The notes under the pieces were generated by a model. It worked only from the letters and a program-made list of their open reading frames with translations, was not told the origin of the DNA and made no database searches. The translations under genes were made by a program, and so were the position numbers. DNA of 62,532 nucleotides, counting the filler, from Stramenopiles sp. TOSAG23-2 (Eukaryota): the NCBI GenBank assembly GCA_900128395.1. It is 3 parts of 3 records of this genome, joined end to end, with 100 filler letters (N's around TTAATTAATTAA, not from the genome) between each part and the next. Parts side by side here need not be neighbours in the genome. Positions count along the whole stretch, not along the records: positions 1 to 30,373 come from LT649383.1; positions 30,474 to 60,817 come from LT649384.1; 1 more part is not named here. The stretch is one strand, 5' to 3'. Shown here piece by piece: positions 22,431 through 34,000 of the stretch. Positions within the stretch are counted from its first letter, which is position 1; every line of letters begins with the position of its first letter.

Positions 22431-23999
22431 ATGGAAACGTTAACACCGCGGCGTGGTAAATCAAATTCTACATCTTCGCCATTCGCTGCTTTGCGCAGAC
22501 ACAGTTTACAGAAGAAAAACAAAAAAATAGTCGATGGTAAAACTATCAAAGACCCTGCATTTAAAGCATTATTTCAGGACATTATGATGCTGGAAATTTT
22601 TTTAAATGATATGAATTTACAAGCTGTGAGATTGCTTGAAACAATGGGTCCTTTTTGTTTAAACTCGTTAAAAATGTCGGAGATGGTATGCGAGTTTGAA
22701 AATTGCGCAGAAGAGTACGAGAAAGATGCGCGTTTTTATCATGCAGTCGTCTCCTCGTCCATGGGAAGTGGAAGTGGTGATGGCTTTCAAAACTTTGTTG
22801 AAGAATTAGAGGATATGGTGTTTACCCCGATAAATCTACAATTAAATGCCATAAATGAGATGAAATTAAAATTGGTGGAAAGGGAAAATATCAAAACTAT
22901 TTTAGATAAAAAAGAGAAGGTTTTGAAGAAAATACGTAACATGAACACGAAAAAAGTAAAAAATTATAATCAGAAACTGAAAGAAAGTGAAGATGAATAT
23001 AACAATCTCCTTCAAGAATACAATTCAGTGCATCAATATCTATTCGATACAATGAATGGCTTGTCTACATACAAAGGGAGCATAGTATTGAATGTATTAA
23101 ATGGTTTAAAAAAAGCACAATTAAGATTTTTTTCTAATGCGACTGCATCATTGCGCGTATGCGTAAAAAATTTAACTTCAAAGGATGATCGTACAGAATC
23201 TATATCAAAATCTGAATTATCGAAGGAATTGGATGACCGGGCATCAAAATCCATTATCAAAGTAGATGATATATTGAAACAAGTCCATTTAGAAGAAAAA
23301 CAGGAAAAGGAAAAGCAAAGAAAAAACAAAAGAAAGGAGAGGCGAAAATCAAAAAATAATGGTAAAAATAAACAGTCTGAACAAATACGAGAAATGAAAG
23401 TAGATGAAATAATTATACCCGTGGGGATCAAGCAAAGTTCTACAAATACAGCAAATCCATTGGTTCATGAAGAATCTATGCCATCAAATAATGAAGAAAT
23501 CAATGAATCTGACGATAAATATAATAATAATAATAATAACGAAAGAGAAAGGATAACCAATGTAGACAAGATGAATGTACAAAATGAAAAGAATTTTGAA
23601 GAAATGACACCATTACGTAAACGGTGGTTGGAAAAACAGAAAATTGCGGCAAAAAATAATAATAGAAGTGGAGACGATGATAATAATAAAGAGCAGGAAG
23701 TAAATGGGAATGGTGATGATGATATATTTTCGGATACGGACAATGATAACAAGATGCATTTAGAATCAAGAAGTATAACCGCAAATGATATAAAAGAGAT
23801 ACTAACGACATTAAAATTAAAATATGATGCAGGTCAAATAACAAAAGTGGATAAAAAGAAAGTGAAAAAATTATTAAAAGGTGGAAAATTTAATGAAGCT
23901 ATTGAATATATGGGTAACGCAATAACACAGAAATTACAAGATGATGAAGACAAGGCAAGACAGGTAAGAAAAAATAAAGATGATTTTACATTTGATTAA
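22431..23999 (+). CDS. BAR-domain-like protein (copy 2)
   Basis: Translation identical to copy 1. Confidence 0.6.
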   Translation: METLTPRRGKSNSTSSPFAALRRHSLQKKNKKIVDGKTIKDPAFKALFQDIMMLEIFLNDMNLQAVRLLETMGPFCLNSLKMSEMVCEFENCAEEYEKDARFYHAVVSSSMGSGSGDGFQNFVEELEDMVFTPINLQLNAINEMKLKLVERENIKTILDKKEKVLKKIRNMNTKKVKNYNQKLKESEDEYNNLLQEYNSVHQYLFDTMNGLSTYKGSIVLNVLNGLKKAQLRFFSNATASLRVCVKNLTSKDDRTESISKSELSKELDDRASKSIIKVDDILKQVHLEEKQEKEKQRKNKRKERRKSKNNGKNKQSEQIREMKVDEIIIPVGIKQSSTNTANPLVHEESMPSNNEEINESDDKYNNNNNNERERITNVDKMNVQNEKNFEEMTPLRKRWLEKQKIAAKNNNRSGDDDNNKEQEVNGNGDDDIFSDTDNDNKMHLESRSITANDIKEILTTLKLKYDAGQITKVDKKKVKKLLKGGKFNEAIEYMGNAITQKLQDDEDKARQVRKNKDDFTFD

Positions 24000-24417
24000 T
24001 ATTACTGAACTCACGCGTATATAGAAGTAATAGCATGCACTAGCGCTGCCGTATTAATATTTTAATTATATAAGTGGATCCGGATCCCGACGTTGAAGTC
24101 TTTTATCTCTATTCCTGAAATATCAATTTACATATTTTATTTATCAACATAAAAATATCCATAAAAAAAGGTGCAAAAATGTAGAATTTTTTACAAAAAA
24201 TGCTCTGTAGACTTGCAAGACTAAGATCCTATTTAAAATAGTGGAAAAAGTGTCAAAATATGAAACAAATAACACTATTCATAATGGATGTTGGCGTTAG
24301 AGCATGACATGTATCATACGTATAATTATATATAAAAAATTCTCTTACTTAAAATTTAAAAAGATTTTATTTACTCATAAATATATATAATATGTAAACA
24401 CTAAAAACGATGAATAC

Positions 24418-25377
24418 TTATAATAATATGTCAAAAGTAATTTCATAAAATGGAAAAGATATAACCGTATCCTCATGCAATTCCTTATATTGATTTCCGT
24501 ATTTAAAAAATCCCGTTATGCTTATGCCCCGGTCCTCATCATGGAAGTTCTCAATTCTTGTATCGGTATAGATATTTTTTTTTGATTGACCGACGTGCGT
24601 CAGAATAGAGTCATTCCTGATGTGTTCCTCATGCAATTCCTTATATTGATTTCCGTATTTAAAAAATCCCGTTATGCTTATGCCCCGGTCCTCATCATGG
24701 AAGTTCTCAATTCTTGTATCGGTATAGATATTTTTTTTTGATTGACCGACGTGCGTCAGAATAGAGTCATTCCTGATGTGTTCCTCATGCAATTCCTTAT
24801 ATTGATTTCCGTATTTAAAAAATCCCGTTATGCTTATGCCCCGGTCCTCATCATGGAAGTTCTCAATTCTTGTATCGGTATAGATATTTTTTTTTGATTG
24901 ACCGACGTGCGTCAGAATAGAGTCATTCCTGATGTGTTCCTCATGCAATTCCGTATATTGATTTCCGTCTTTAAAAAATCCCATTATAATTATAAAAAAT
25001 CCCATTATAATTATAAAAAATCCCGTTAAAATTATAAAAAATCTCGTTATAATTATGCCCCGGTCCTCATCATGGGAGTTCTCAATTCTTGTATCGGTAT
25101 TGGTATTTTTTTTTGATTGACCGACGTGCGTCAGAATAGAGTCATTCCTGATGTGTTCCTCATGCAATTCCTTATATTGATTTCCGTATTTAAAAAATCC
25201 CGTTATGCTTATGCCCCGGTCCTCATCATGGAAGTTCTCAATTCTTGTATCGGTATAGATATTTTTTTTTGATTGACCGACGTGCGTCAGAATAGAGTCA
25301 TTCCTGATGTGTTCCGTGCCAAACTTGTTCGAACTCCTACTGCGTAGCCATTCGTCAACTGTCCTTGTTTGGGCCAT
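24418..25377 (-). CDS. Hypothetical protein built from five 52-aa tandem repeats
   Basis: ATG-to-stop 319-aa ORF; the other minus frames are closed in every unit; internal insertion is a multiple of 3. Confidence 0.5.
   Translation of the reverse strand: MAQTRTVDEWLRSRSSNKFGTEHIRNDSILTHVGQSKKNIYTDTRIENFHDEDRGISITGFFKYGNQYKELHEEHIRNDSILTHVGQSKKNTNTDTRIENSHDEDRGIIITRFFIILTGFFIIIMGFFIIIMGFFKDGNQYTELHEEHIRNDSILTHVGQSKKNIYTDTRIENFHDEDRGISITGFFKYGNQYKELHEEHIRNDSILTHVGQSKKNIYTDTRIENFHDEDRGISITGFFKYGNQYKELHEEHIRNDSILTHVGQSKKNIYTDTRIENFHDEDRGISITGFFKYGNQYKELHEDTVISFPFYEITFDILL
24471..25315. repeat. Tandem array of five 156-bp units; unit 4 has 63 extra bp of 21-bp subrepeats
   Basis: CCTCATGCAATTCC recurs at 24471, 24627, 24783, 24939 and 25158. 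Confidence 0.95.
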
Positions 25378-26042
25378 CTTACAACGTAGGAAATTTAAAT
25401 AATATATATTTAGATCTGACCTTTGAAATGGAAATTTGGATAAAAATTATTCGTATTTTTTGCTGCAAATCAGTAGAAAGTTCAAAATATATAAATATTT
25501 AAACAATAAATGGTATTGACAGTGCTAAAAACGTAATAAATGATATATTAAAGACCCAACTATGCGTCTAGTTGGCGGCTTTATTGTTTTTGTATTGTAT
25601 AAAAAAATTTAGTGAAAAAATGTAAACAAAATTCAACTAATGTTATTATTTTGCTAAAATTTTTCCAATTTTTTATACGTAAATGGCAGAATGAAAAATA
25701 AATGTTCTAATATAAAAATAAAAGTATATATCACGATGCAATGTCAACGCCCGTATGTATTTATTAATAAAGATATATACACTCGTATATCTATATGTAC
25801 TTTTATATGATATTTATATATATGAGGTATCATACAAGAGAACATTTTATATATTAAAATGTTCTCTTACTCACATATATACATATATATCAAGAGAAGT
25901 GTAAAAATATTATAACTTAAATTTTAACCATCATATATCAAGATTATTATAAAATAAATAAATGTACCATACTCGTAAAATGAGAAATTATTTTTTTTAA
26001 AAAAGTATCAAGATAGAAATTTTATTTTAGAGCGCATAATTT

Positions 26043-28811
26043 TTAGCAAGCGCCACCATCCCGATCTTGTAACAATCTTCTCCTCCTTCTTCGATCAATG
26101 TGCGATCCTTTAATTTTAAAGTGTGCACCATCTACTGCTACACTTTTTCCATAATCTCTATCACCATATTTACTTTTAATTGTCTTTAACTCGGACTGAC
26201 ATTTTTTTTTTGTGCTAATGCATTTCTTATAATCTTTATTCCCAGTACAACAATCTTTTTTATCAACAAATACATTTACTTTTACTTTTGCTCTTGGAAT
26301 ATAAGGTTTCGCAAAACATTCTTTCAACTCACTTTGAAAATATCCATTTTTCCTATGTGTATTTAGTTTAATCACTGCAACCCATTCTTCCTTCGTATCG
26401 TGTGCATTCATGCTCACTTGCTGGATGGAAATATCATCAGCATAAAATAATGGCGCAGGGCATCCACTCCTATCTTGCACTTCATAACGTAATCGACTAC
26501 TTAACATTACCATGTTTTCATTGGTGTAATCTTCCTTCTTTAAGTCATTACGAAGATAATGAATAGCAATGTTTTGCACTGAAGTAGTAGCTACCCCGTC
26601 ACTTAAATCGATATGCTTGTATGGGCAATGTGATTTTTTCATATTACGTAACTCGACTGGATCATCGTATGTTGATCCAAGTTTACATCTAGGTTTCATT
26701 GAATTTGCCAATGCTTTTGCTTCCTCTTCTTTACCGCTAGACTTTAACTTCCGTTTTAAAGTATTCTCTGTAGCTGCATTTTTCCCTAGACGTCGATTCT
26801 GGCGTTTACTAAACGACCGCTCCATCGTTTGTAAAAATGACACAGCTGAGCTAGCTTGTTGAGATTTAATATATCTTTTCACATATATATGCTTCACAAA
26901 ATTATACATTGTATCTAATAAATGATGATATGGAAGAAATAATTCACATAACATTCTATCTGATTTACCTGGAGATTGCAATATTCGTGGGCCACATAAA
27001 GTTGTATTTTTAAAAAACTTATTGATTTTTTCATGAATGTGATGATGCTTCTTTTTAGTAATGTGATTCATTAATTCTTTCATACCTTTATGTAAATAAC
27101 CTTCATGTTTTATCGTATCAGCTACTTCAACATATAAATTATGACGATTGTAATTCCCACCTTGACTCAATGCAAATGGTATAATATTTTCACGTTTGAT
27201 GTTACTATTTGCTGGTGGCTCGCATGTTTCCAATGTCATAGGATTATCTTTATCATTACGTTCTTTACAACATATATTTGGCCAAAATGATTTCGCCGGT
27301 TTCTCCTCATTTTCATTTTTGAATAAATGTTCTAACTTCATGCGAAACCCACAAAATGCTTTTAATACTTCATCACGATTTGTATCAATACATGTTGTAT
27401 CTTGATTGATTTCAATTTCATTTGCTACCTCAACTGCGGGGAAAATGACAGTTCCATATGTACGAAGTTCTTTATCACAAGATTTTGCTTCGTTTTCGTT
27501 ATCGTTTGCTTTACGCTTTTTCATGATTTCATCATGTCTTTTTCGTTGCTCTTGTTTCGCCCATAAACGTGAATTTTTGATTGATAAATCATTATGTTTT
27601 TCTTTTTGTGCAGTTAAATCTTTTTTAATTTCACTGAATAAACTGGATAAAACAATACATTTGGTTTGTTCGGGATTAGTTACTTCACCGAGTTTACATG
27701 GTTTGCAACTACTATCACCTTCTGAACTATGTGTATTGATTGGGCATTTGTAATCCTTTCCATCTTTGAAATCAAAACCCCATCCAGGTTTTATATTATC
27801 ACACGATGTACTTCCCTCTTTCCCATAAGTTGTCGGGTGACTCCACTTGTCGCATTCATTACAATCAGCATCGTCACCACCTTCAGAATACGCATTTACA
27901 GGGCACCTGAAACACTGTTTTTTACACCTAATACCGTCACAACGCGAAAACCCCCAAAGCAATCGCCTTGAATTCTTTTTCTTTCTAGGTATTATACGTA
28001 TTGCTTTTACCCCTACCCTAACCTTTTCATGTAAGTTTATTCCAGTACCAGGTTCACATTTTATTGTTGCTACAGGTATACATGAATCAATCGATGTATG
28101 GCCAGTAGTAAAATTTGTAGTTGGTCTATTTGCTGGACATGCTGTACATGTTGGATCGGTACCACCTTCACTATATGTATTGATTGGGCATTCGACACAT
28201 GTTTTTTTATTCGTAATACCATCGTTCACAATCTTTAACCATCCCTTCTTAAACACGCCCGTGCCATAACCTGGTTCACATTTTATTGTTGGTACAGGTA
28301 TACACGAATCAATCGAAGTTTGTCCGTCTTTAAAATTCGTAGTTGGTCTCTCTGTTGGACATGGTGTACATGTTGGATTGGTACCACCTTCACTATATGT
28401 ATTGATTGGGCATTTGATACATGTTTTTGTTTTGCATATACATTTCTCTCTATTACTACATCGTCCTGTTGATTTTGTGATGCCATTCCAATAATATTGA
28501 TTATGTATGTGACTCTTATAATAACATCCAGGTGGAAAATCCGCCCTCCACACTCGGCCTCCATATCCTTCATTTTTATCAATATTATTCTTCCTATTAT
28601 ATTCAGCTGCTAATTTACAGTCTGCTTCTGTTGTTATTTTAGATATACCACTACATTGTGATGCTAAACCGGATGTAAATATCTTTCCATATGCAACAGC
28701 TTCAGCAGCTTTACAAATAAGATCCTCACCAGTTACCGTCGCAGACACTGATATACAATGTGCGGATAAGAACAATAAAACCACAAAACATATTTGTTTT
28801 TTGATGAACAT
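26043..28811 (-). CDS. Secreted cysteine-rich protein with GCC2/GCC3 (ephrin-receptor-like) repeats and RRLL processing motifs
   Basis: Signal peptide MFIKKQICFVVLLFLSAHCISVSA; CPINTYSEGG..PTC..CP repeats (222-bp DNA period near 28161/28383); coiled coil; RRLL twice; no transmembrane segment. Confidence 0.8.
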   Translation of the reverse strand: MFIKKQICFVVLLFLSAHCISVSATVTGEDLICKAAEAVAYGKIFTSGLASQCSGISKITTEADCKLAAEYNRKNNIDKNEGYGGRVWRADFPPGCYYKSHIHNQYYWNGITKSTGRCSNREKCICKTKTCIKCPINTYSEGGTNPTCTPCPTERPTTNFKDGQTSIDSCIPVPTIKCEPGYGTGVFKKGWLKIVNDGITNKKTCVECPINTYSEGGTDPTCTACPANRPTTNFTTGHTSIDSCIPVATIKCEPGTGINLHEKVRVGVKAIRIIPRKKKNSRRLLWGFSRCDGIRCKKQCFRCPVNAYSEGGDDADCNECDKWSHPTTYGKEGSTSCDNIKPGWGFDFKDGKDYKCPINTHSSEGDSSCKPCKLGEVTNPEQTKCIVLSSLFSEIKKDLTAQKEKHNDLSIKNSRLWAKQEQRKRHDEIMKKRKANDNENEAKSCDKELRTYGTVIFPAVEVANEIEINQDTTCIDTNRDEVLKAFCGFRMKLEHLFKNENEEKPAKSFWPNICCKERNDKDNPMTLETCEPPANSNIKRENIIPFALSQGGNYNRHNLYVEVADTIKHEGYLHKGMKELMNHITKKKHHHIHEKINKFFKNTTLCGPRILQSPGKSDRMLCELFLPYHHLLDTMYNFVKHIYVKRYIKSQQASSAVSFLQTMERSFSKRQNRRLGKNAATENTLKRKLKSSGKEEEAKALANSMKPRCKLGSTYDDPVELRNMKKSHCPYKHIDLSDGVATTSVQNIAIHYLRNDLKKEDYTNENMVMLSSRLRYEVQDRSGCPAPLFYADDISIQQVSMNAHDTKEEWVAVIKLNTHRKNGYFQSELKECFAKPYIPRAKVKVNVFVDKKDCCTGNKDYKKCISTKKKCQSELKTIKSKYGDRDYGKSVAVDGAHFKIKGSHIDRRRRRRLLQDRDGGAC

Positions 28812-30213
28812 AATTAACTAATTTTTGTTTTCCGTTTTTTCGTTTTTTCAATTTTATGAATTATGTTTTGATGAGTCTTCAACGTTCTTTTTGATATACA
28901 AATATTGCGTAAAGTATTAATAACAAGGTGCAAGATACTTAATGAAATACGTTATATGTATGTTTTCAATATATCAATATATGGAAGTTGTTTGTTGTTT
29001 TTCTCCATATACATTACATTATGTTCACTCTTTATTAAGATGTATATGTATGTATATGTTTTGTTAAAATAGCATGTAAATACCATTACACGAACACAAG
29101 ACACATAATTTAGTAAAAGTGGATGTAATGGTATGTCCCTGCTAAGCCAACCTCAATCTAGCTGGAGACGCACATTCGAGAGATTTTAATCAAAGGATTT
29201 AGAAAAATTACCGAAATTTGATACATTATATTTTTGGTTGATGATGGAGCAAAATTACTCAAATGACCAGTTTTGTACGTTCTATTATCCACCTCCAAAC
29301 ACGGCAAGATCGCAGGATTTATATATCATTTTTATCAATTTGTTTTCCAATTGAAATTAAAAATTGCACTTTTTGTTCTCCCTCTTTTTTAAACGAGCCG
29401 CCGTTGGGGGAGGAAAACCCACTTCGTTTTTAATAAAGTACAAATTCATCTAGTCTTTCGACAATTCGAACAATTCATCCAGAAATTGACTGAAAATTGC
29501 AGACATAAAATTGCTTTTTCACACACCATTTATGATATATTACATGTATATAAATACATGTAATATAAGCTAGATATACTTCACCGCTTCAATATATAAA
29601 TACTTCAAACCTCAATATCTAATAATTTCGGTATTTTTCTGCATTTGTATGGTTTTGATAGCAGAGCCAACACAACCCATCAGGAAATAATACTAATACT
29701 AAACGCCTACTACAGGTAATATTAATGAAAACAACAACAAAACATCATCACCAAAACTACTATAGCTCTACTATTATACTACTAATAATTATAATTACTA
29801 ATAAATTATCTAATAAATATCTAATATTACCAGATGTCTATATTTTTACGGCACAATGGAGACTTATACATAGATAAAAGTAGACTTAATGATAGAATAT
29901 ATAAACAATTTATACCAGGTTAGCCAGATAGCTGAATATATTGCATACGACATTGATAAAAAAAAAACAGCAATAAAATAACAAATAACATTACATATAT
30001 TGTATACCCTGCATGATGAATACAAAAACAACAGATAAAAAGATACAAAATTTTAAGAAAATAATATTTATACACACTTTTTTATAATTATCAAGATATA
30101 AAACGAGTTCCTATTATTTCTTGTACAGCGTGCTGTGTATTAAACACATCTAGATTATAAAAAATAAAAAAGTATTGTATAATACGAGTATTATAATAAT
30201 TTAAAAAATTAAA

Positions 30214-30373
30214 ATGTCAAAAGCAAAATTAGCAGTAGTTGGACAAAGAAATGGATACGGAGAGAAAGTCTCGGTACATGTCGATTCGGATGGTATTGCA
30301 GTGATACAATTTAATCGGCCAGAAGCGAAAAATGCATTTACGTTTTCTATGCAAACTGGATTTTACAATACAT
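30214..30373 (+). CDS. Enoyl-CoA hydratase/isomerase (crotonase family), N-terminus only
   Basis: DGIAVIQFNRPEAKNAFTFSM motif; cut by the contig end. Confidence 0.8.
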
Positions 30374-30473
30374 NNNNNNNNNNNNNNNNNNNNNNNNNNN
30401 NNNNNNNNNNNNNNNNNTTAATTAATTAANNNNNNNNNNNNNNNNNNNNNNNNNNNNNNNNNNNNNNNNNNNN
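30374..30473. other. Artificial contig linker (44N + TTAATTAATTAA + 44N)
   Basis: Six-frame stop linker; identical structure at 60818-60917. Confidence 0.98.
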
Positions 30474-30708
30474 GAGTAGATGATTACCATTTTTCCCTTT
30501 ATACTATTATAAAATTGTAAAATATCCATCAAAATGGACTAAAACTACTTTTGCAATAACTGGTAATGAGTATGGAACAGGATATAATTAGTAATTATGT
30601 CTTTTTGGAAAAACAGGAATTAGTGCAAAATACTATATATTTATGACCACTCGATAAAATTGACCATAAAGTCCCGCCGTAGGGAAACTTCCTAAATTCT
30701 GCTATCCC

Positions 30709-30907
30709 TAATTTCTGAAAACAAGAAATGTCAAAATTATTTTGCCAATTGATAGGAAAAATGGTATACTAGTGGAGCCTAAGTTTAAAAAGGTATTTTC
30801 AATGTTTTAATTTCTGAAAACAAGAAATGTCAAAATTATTTTGCCAATTGATAGGAAAAATGGTATACTAGTGGAGCCTAAGTTTAAAAAGGTATTTTCA
30901 ATGTTTT
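30709..30907. repeat. Tandem duplication, 2 x 99 bp
   Basis: TAATTTCTGAAAACAAG...CAATGTTT starts at 30709 and again at 30808. Confidence 0.92.
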
Positions 30908-31047
30908 TCCTTTGTTTTCATGTAATGAAATGAAAAATCCATCATCATAACAATGAATTGTAAGAATTTAGGTTGAAAATGATGATTTTAATGAAATTTA
31001 CTGGAAAATATGCGAATTGTAATGGTATTTATATGCTAAATTTTTTT

Positions 31048-34000
31048 TTATCGCATTTGACTCCACAACTCTCGACCAACTGCTCTTTGATTATCTTCGT
31101 CACTCTCAAAAGGTACTTTCATTTTTTCGAGTAACTCTCGCCTATTATACGTTTCATTTCTTCTTCTAATACGATTTATACCTTGCTTATATACTTTTTT
31201 ATTCCGATTGAAATTAGAACTCATGGAGCGAAATTTTGGTGCAGCTTGAGCTGGTGGTCTTGGTTGATCTTGTTTTTGCCTAGTCTTCCTGGAATTACTA
31301 TTATTTATTGTTGTGCCTTTTTGTGTCGCTTTATATCTACGTTTATTGTTTGATTGATAATCAACAAGTGTTATAGAAGATTGTTTCTTTTTTTTGACGT
31401 TATTTAAAGAAGATGCCATGTCATTTTCTTTTCGTAGCTCCTCGCGTCTGTTCCAAGCTTCTGCAGTTGGGTTCATTTTTGTTCTATTCTTCTTCTTTTT
31501 ATTCTTGTTACTATTTGGTGATGTTTGATCTATTATTCGATTAATATTCATTTTGTCAACTTCACGTTGATATCGATGCTCAGAAAATGTATCTCTTGCA
31601 GTTTTTACAGATTTTTCATTTGCAGTAGTATCCATTTCTTTTTCATATTTTAATCTCGCTTTTGATGCTATTGTTGAATTTTGACTAATTACCCCATCAA
31701 CCCCTAGTGCGTAAAAGCGTTTATATTCCAATGCATTTGAACCACTATAGATAAGATCTAACTTGGAAGAATCGGAAAGAAACGTACGGGCGAAAACAGA
31801 TAGACCAGAAAATCGAGCACACTTTACGATAGTTGGCATTTGTTGTACAGCTTCATTTAAATCTTTAATTCGAATTAAGGGACGAATTGGAGTAGAATTT
31901 GCTTTCGATCCCTCAAGAATCATTTCCTTTGAAACACAAATCCCGTCAGCATATAATGATATGCCACGTAAATATTTTTGCACATTGAATAAATTGTCAA
32001 TATCAGGTTTATTAATTCCACCATCTTCTAATAGCATTTTGTTTGATATAATCTGTACATATTGCCAATCTACTTGTTCTTTACGCATGGATTTCAATAA
32101 CAGAGGATCATGTGAAGCAATGGTTATTCCAATATTTTCTGTCAGTATTAAATCATCATCCGACGTCAGCTCTTTCAATATTAAATCTTCAATTGGAATA
32201 TTTAAATTTCGATAAATATCTGAGAGGATTGGTACAATCCATATATCTATATTTTTATTTCTAGATTTATTACTTCCTTGATTTACATCATATATTTTTC
32301 CATGCTCTTTCAAGGCAGCCTTTATCATTACGAAAAATTCTTTTAACGTATAAATGGGTACATCTTCTTCAGCTGCAACATTAACAATATTGCCGTCAAT
32401 ACGTTTAAATTTTTGGGGTCGTTTGGTTTTAAAATTGCTATATTCAAGTAATGGAATATCATGAGACCATAACTCGTTGCGATTAACGTCATCTAAAGGG
32501 TGGTCTGTAATATCATATATTTGATTCATCCATGAATCAAATATGGTTGCATCTTTTCCCTTAATATTGCTTTTTGAAAATGCCAAATTTTCATCTGTAC
32601 TTTCGCGAGTCTGAAGAATCTTATCATACTTTCCAATCAATTTTTCAGAGGATTGAAACATATTCGTTGCTTTTGATAATAAATGAGAAGGTAAAACAAG
32701 TAACATATTATCTTTCGTTGGTACAATTCCAATCACCACAGCATCACAAACATCTGCATTGTTATTATCATTATGTAAAATGGTTTGCTTAATAACGGAA
32801 CAGATATCCAATTTTGAACTATGTCCACATGCAATAATTTTTGGCATTGTTGTATAATGTTGGAAAGTAGAATGTGGCGATGTCGGTAAATATTGTGGCA
32901 CTCTTGATGAAATTTTCAATGAAAATGACGTTTTGTCATTATTCGTGTTCCCCTCATCGTCTTGTATGGCCTTTTGACCTTTATTCATACTCGTATGTTC
33001 ATTGAAACTTTGTTGTATTGGATTCATGTAGAATTTTTTAACGCGCGGCGCATCTTCTACCATATCTGCAATTGCATTTTGTATTAAATTTTCGCTAAGA
33101 ACAGATACAACAGATTGATTTTTGATCGTACCAGTCTTATCATAATAAAATACCTCATCAACCAATTCCATTTTTTCTTCATATTTTTCATTCATATTAT
33201 TGGTATCTTCTCTCAAAATATCTCTACTACCAAATTTGTTATTGCCATCCGAAATTATATTGTGGATATCAATTCCATTTATGATATTTAAGAAGAACTG
33301 TAAAATAGATTCAGATAAAATTGATGTATGAGAAGGTAATTGAAGTTCCATACGAGATGGAATTATCGGTGCATTAACATTCGTTTTCAAAGTATTTAAA
33401 TTTTCAATATCATTCTTAATTTCTACTAACCGCTCCCGTAATAGCGCAGGTACTACATGAGGAATTGCGTGCAATGATAATACATTTGAAGTTTTACAAA
33501 TCATACCATCAATTTTGAAATTATCATTGTCCTCCTTATTCTTCACAGATGTTGAAGAGTTATTACAGTCAACGTATGCACTTGTTAAAATCGGAGTAAA
33601 ATTAGATGAGGTTTCTTCAATTTTCTTCAAACAAACATCTCTGGCGTATGGTATCAAAATCGTTTTTTCATCAACTTTGCCATTTGTAGATGAAAATGCA
33701 TTGAATAATTTGATTCCAATCTCTGTAAATGATGAGTTTAAATATCCAGTATCCCAACCTTGTTTTTCGGTTCGAGTTGTAAGACTTGCACTTGACACAT
33801 CTAGTTGCTTTGGTTCTAAACATTTGCAGATTTTAGATGATTCAGGGAATGCAGAAGCTAAAAATATGTGACCATTCCCAAGAGCAACTAAATTATCTTT
33901 TTTATCTATCATATCCCGCAACAATGCTCGTAAAGCTGCGATCCATTTTATTCTTTTATTAGTAGAAAGTGCATTGTAATCCTTCTTACTATTTGGTAAT

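Larger units (their letters stand above)
13789..24655 (+). repeat. Segmental direct duplication, copy 2
   Basis: Matches 2017-12883; differences noticed: T2203/C13975 and A7514/G19286. Confidence 0.97.

Noticed and set aside
2017..24655. Duplicated unit as a Helitron, composite transposon or LTR pair
   Set aside because: No CTRR/hairpin end, TIRs, target duplication, Rep/helicase or RT seen; the contents are ordinary host genes.
24471..25315. Possible CRISPR array
   Set aside because: Units are near-identical 156-bp tandem repeats with no unique spacers; no cas genes; eukaryotic context.
30374..30473. TTAATTAATTAA palindrome within N runs (also 60818-60917)
   Set aside because: Artificial six-frame-stop linker; ORFs running into it and gene adjacency across it are not biological.
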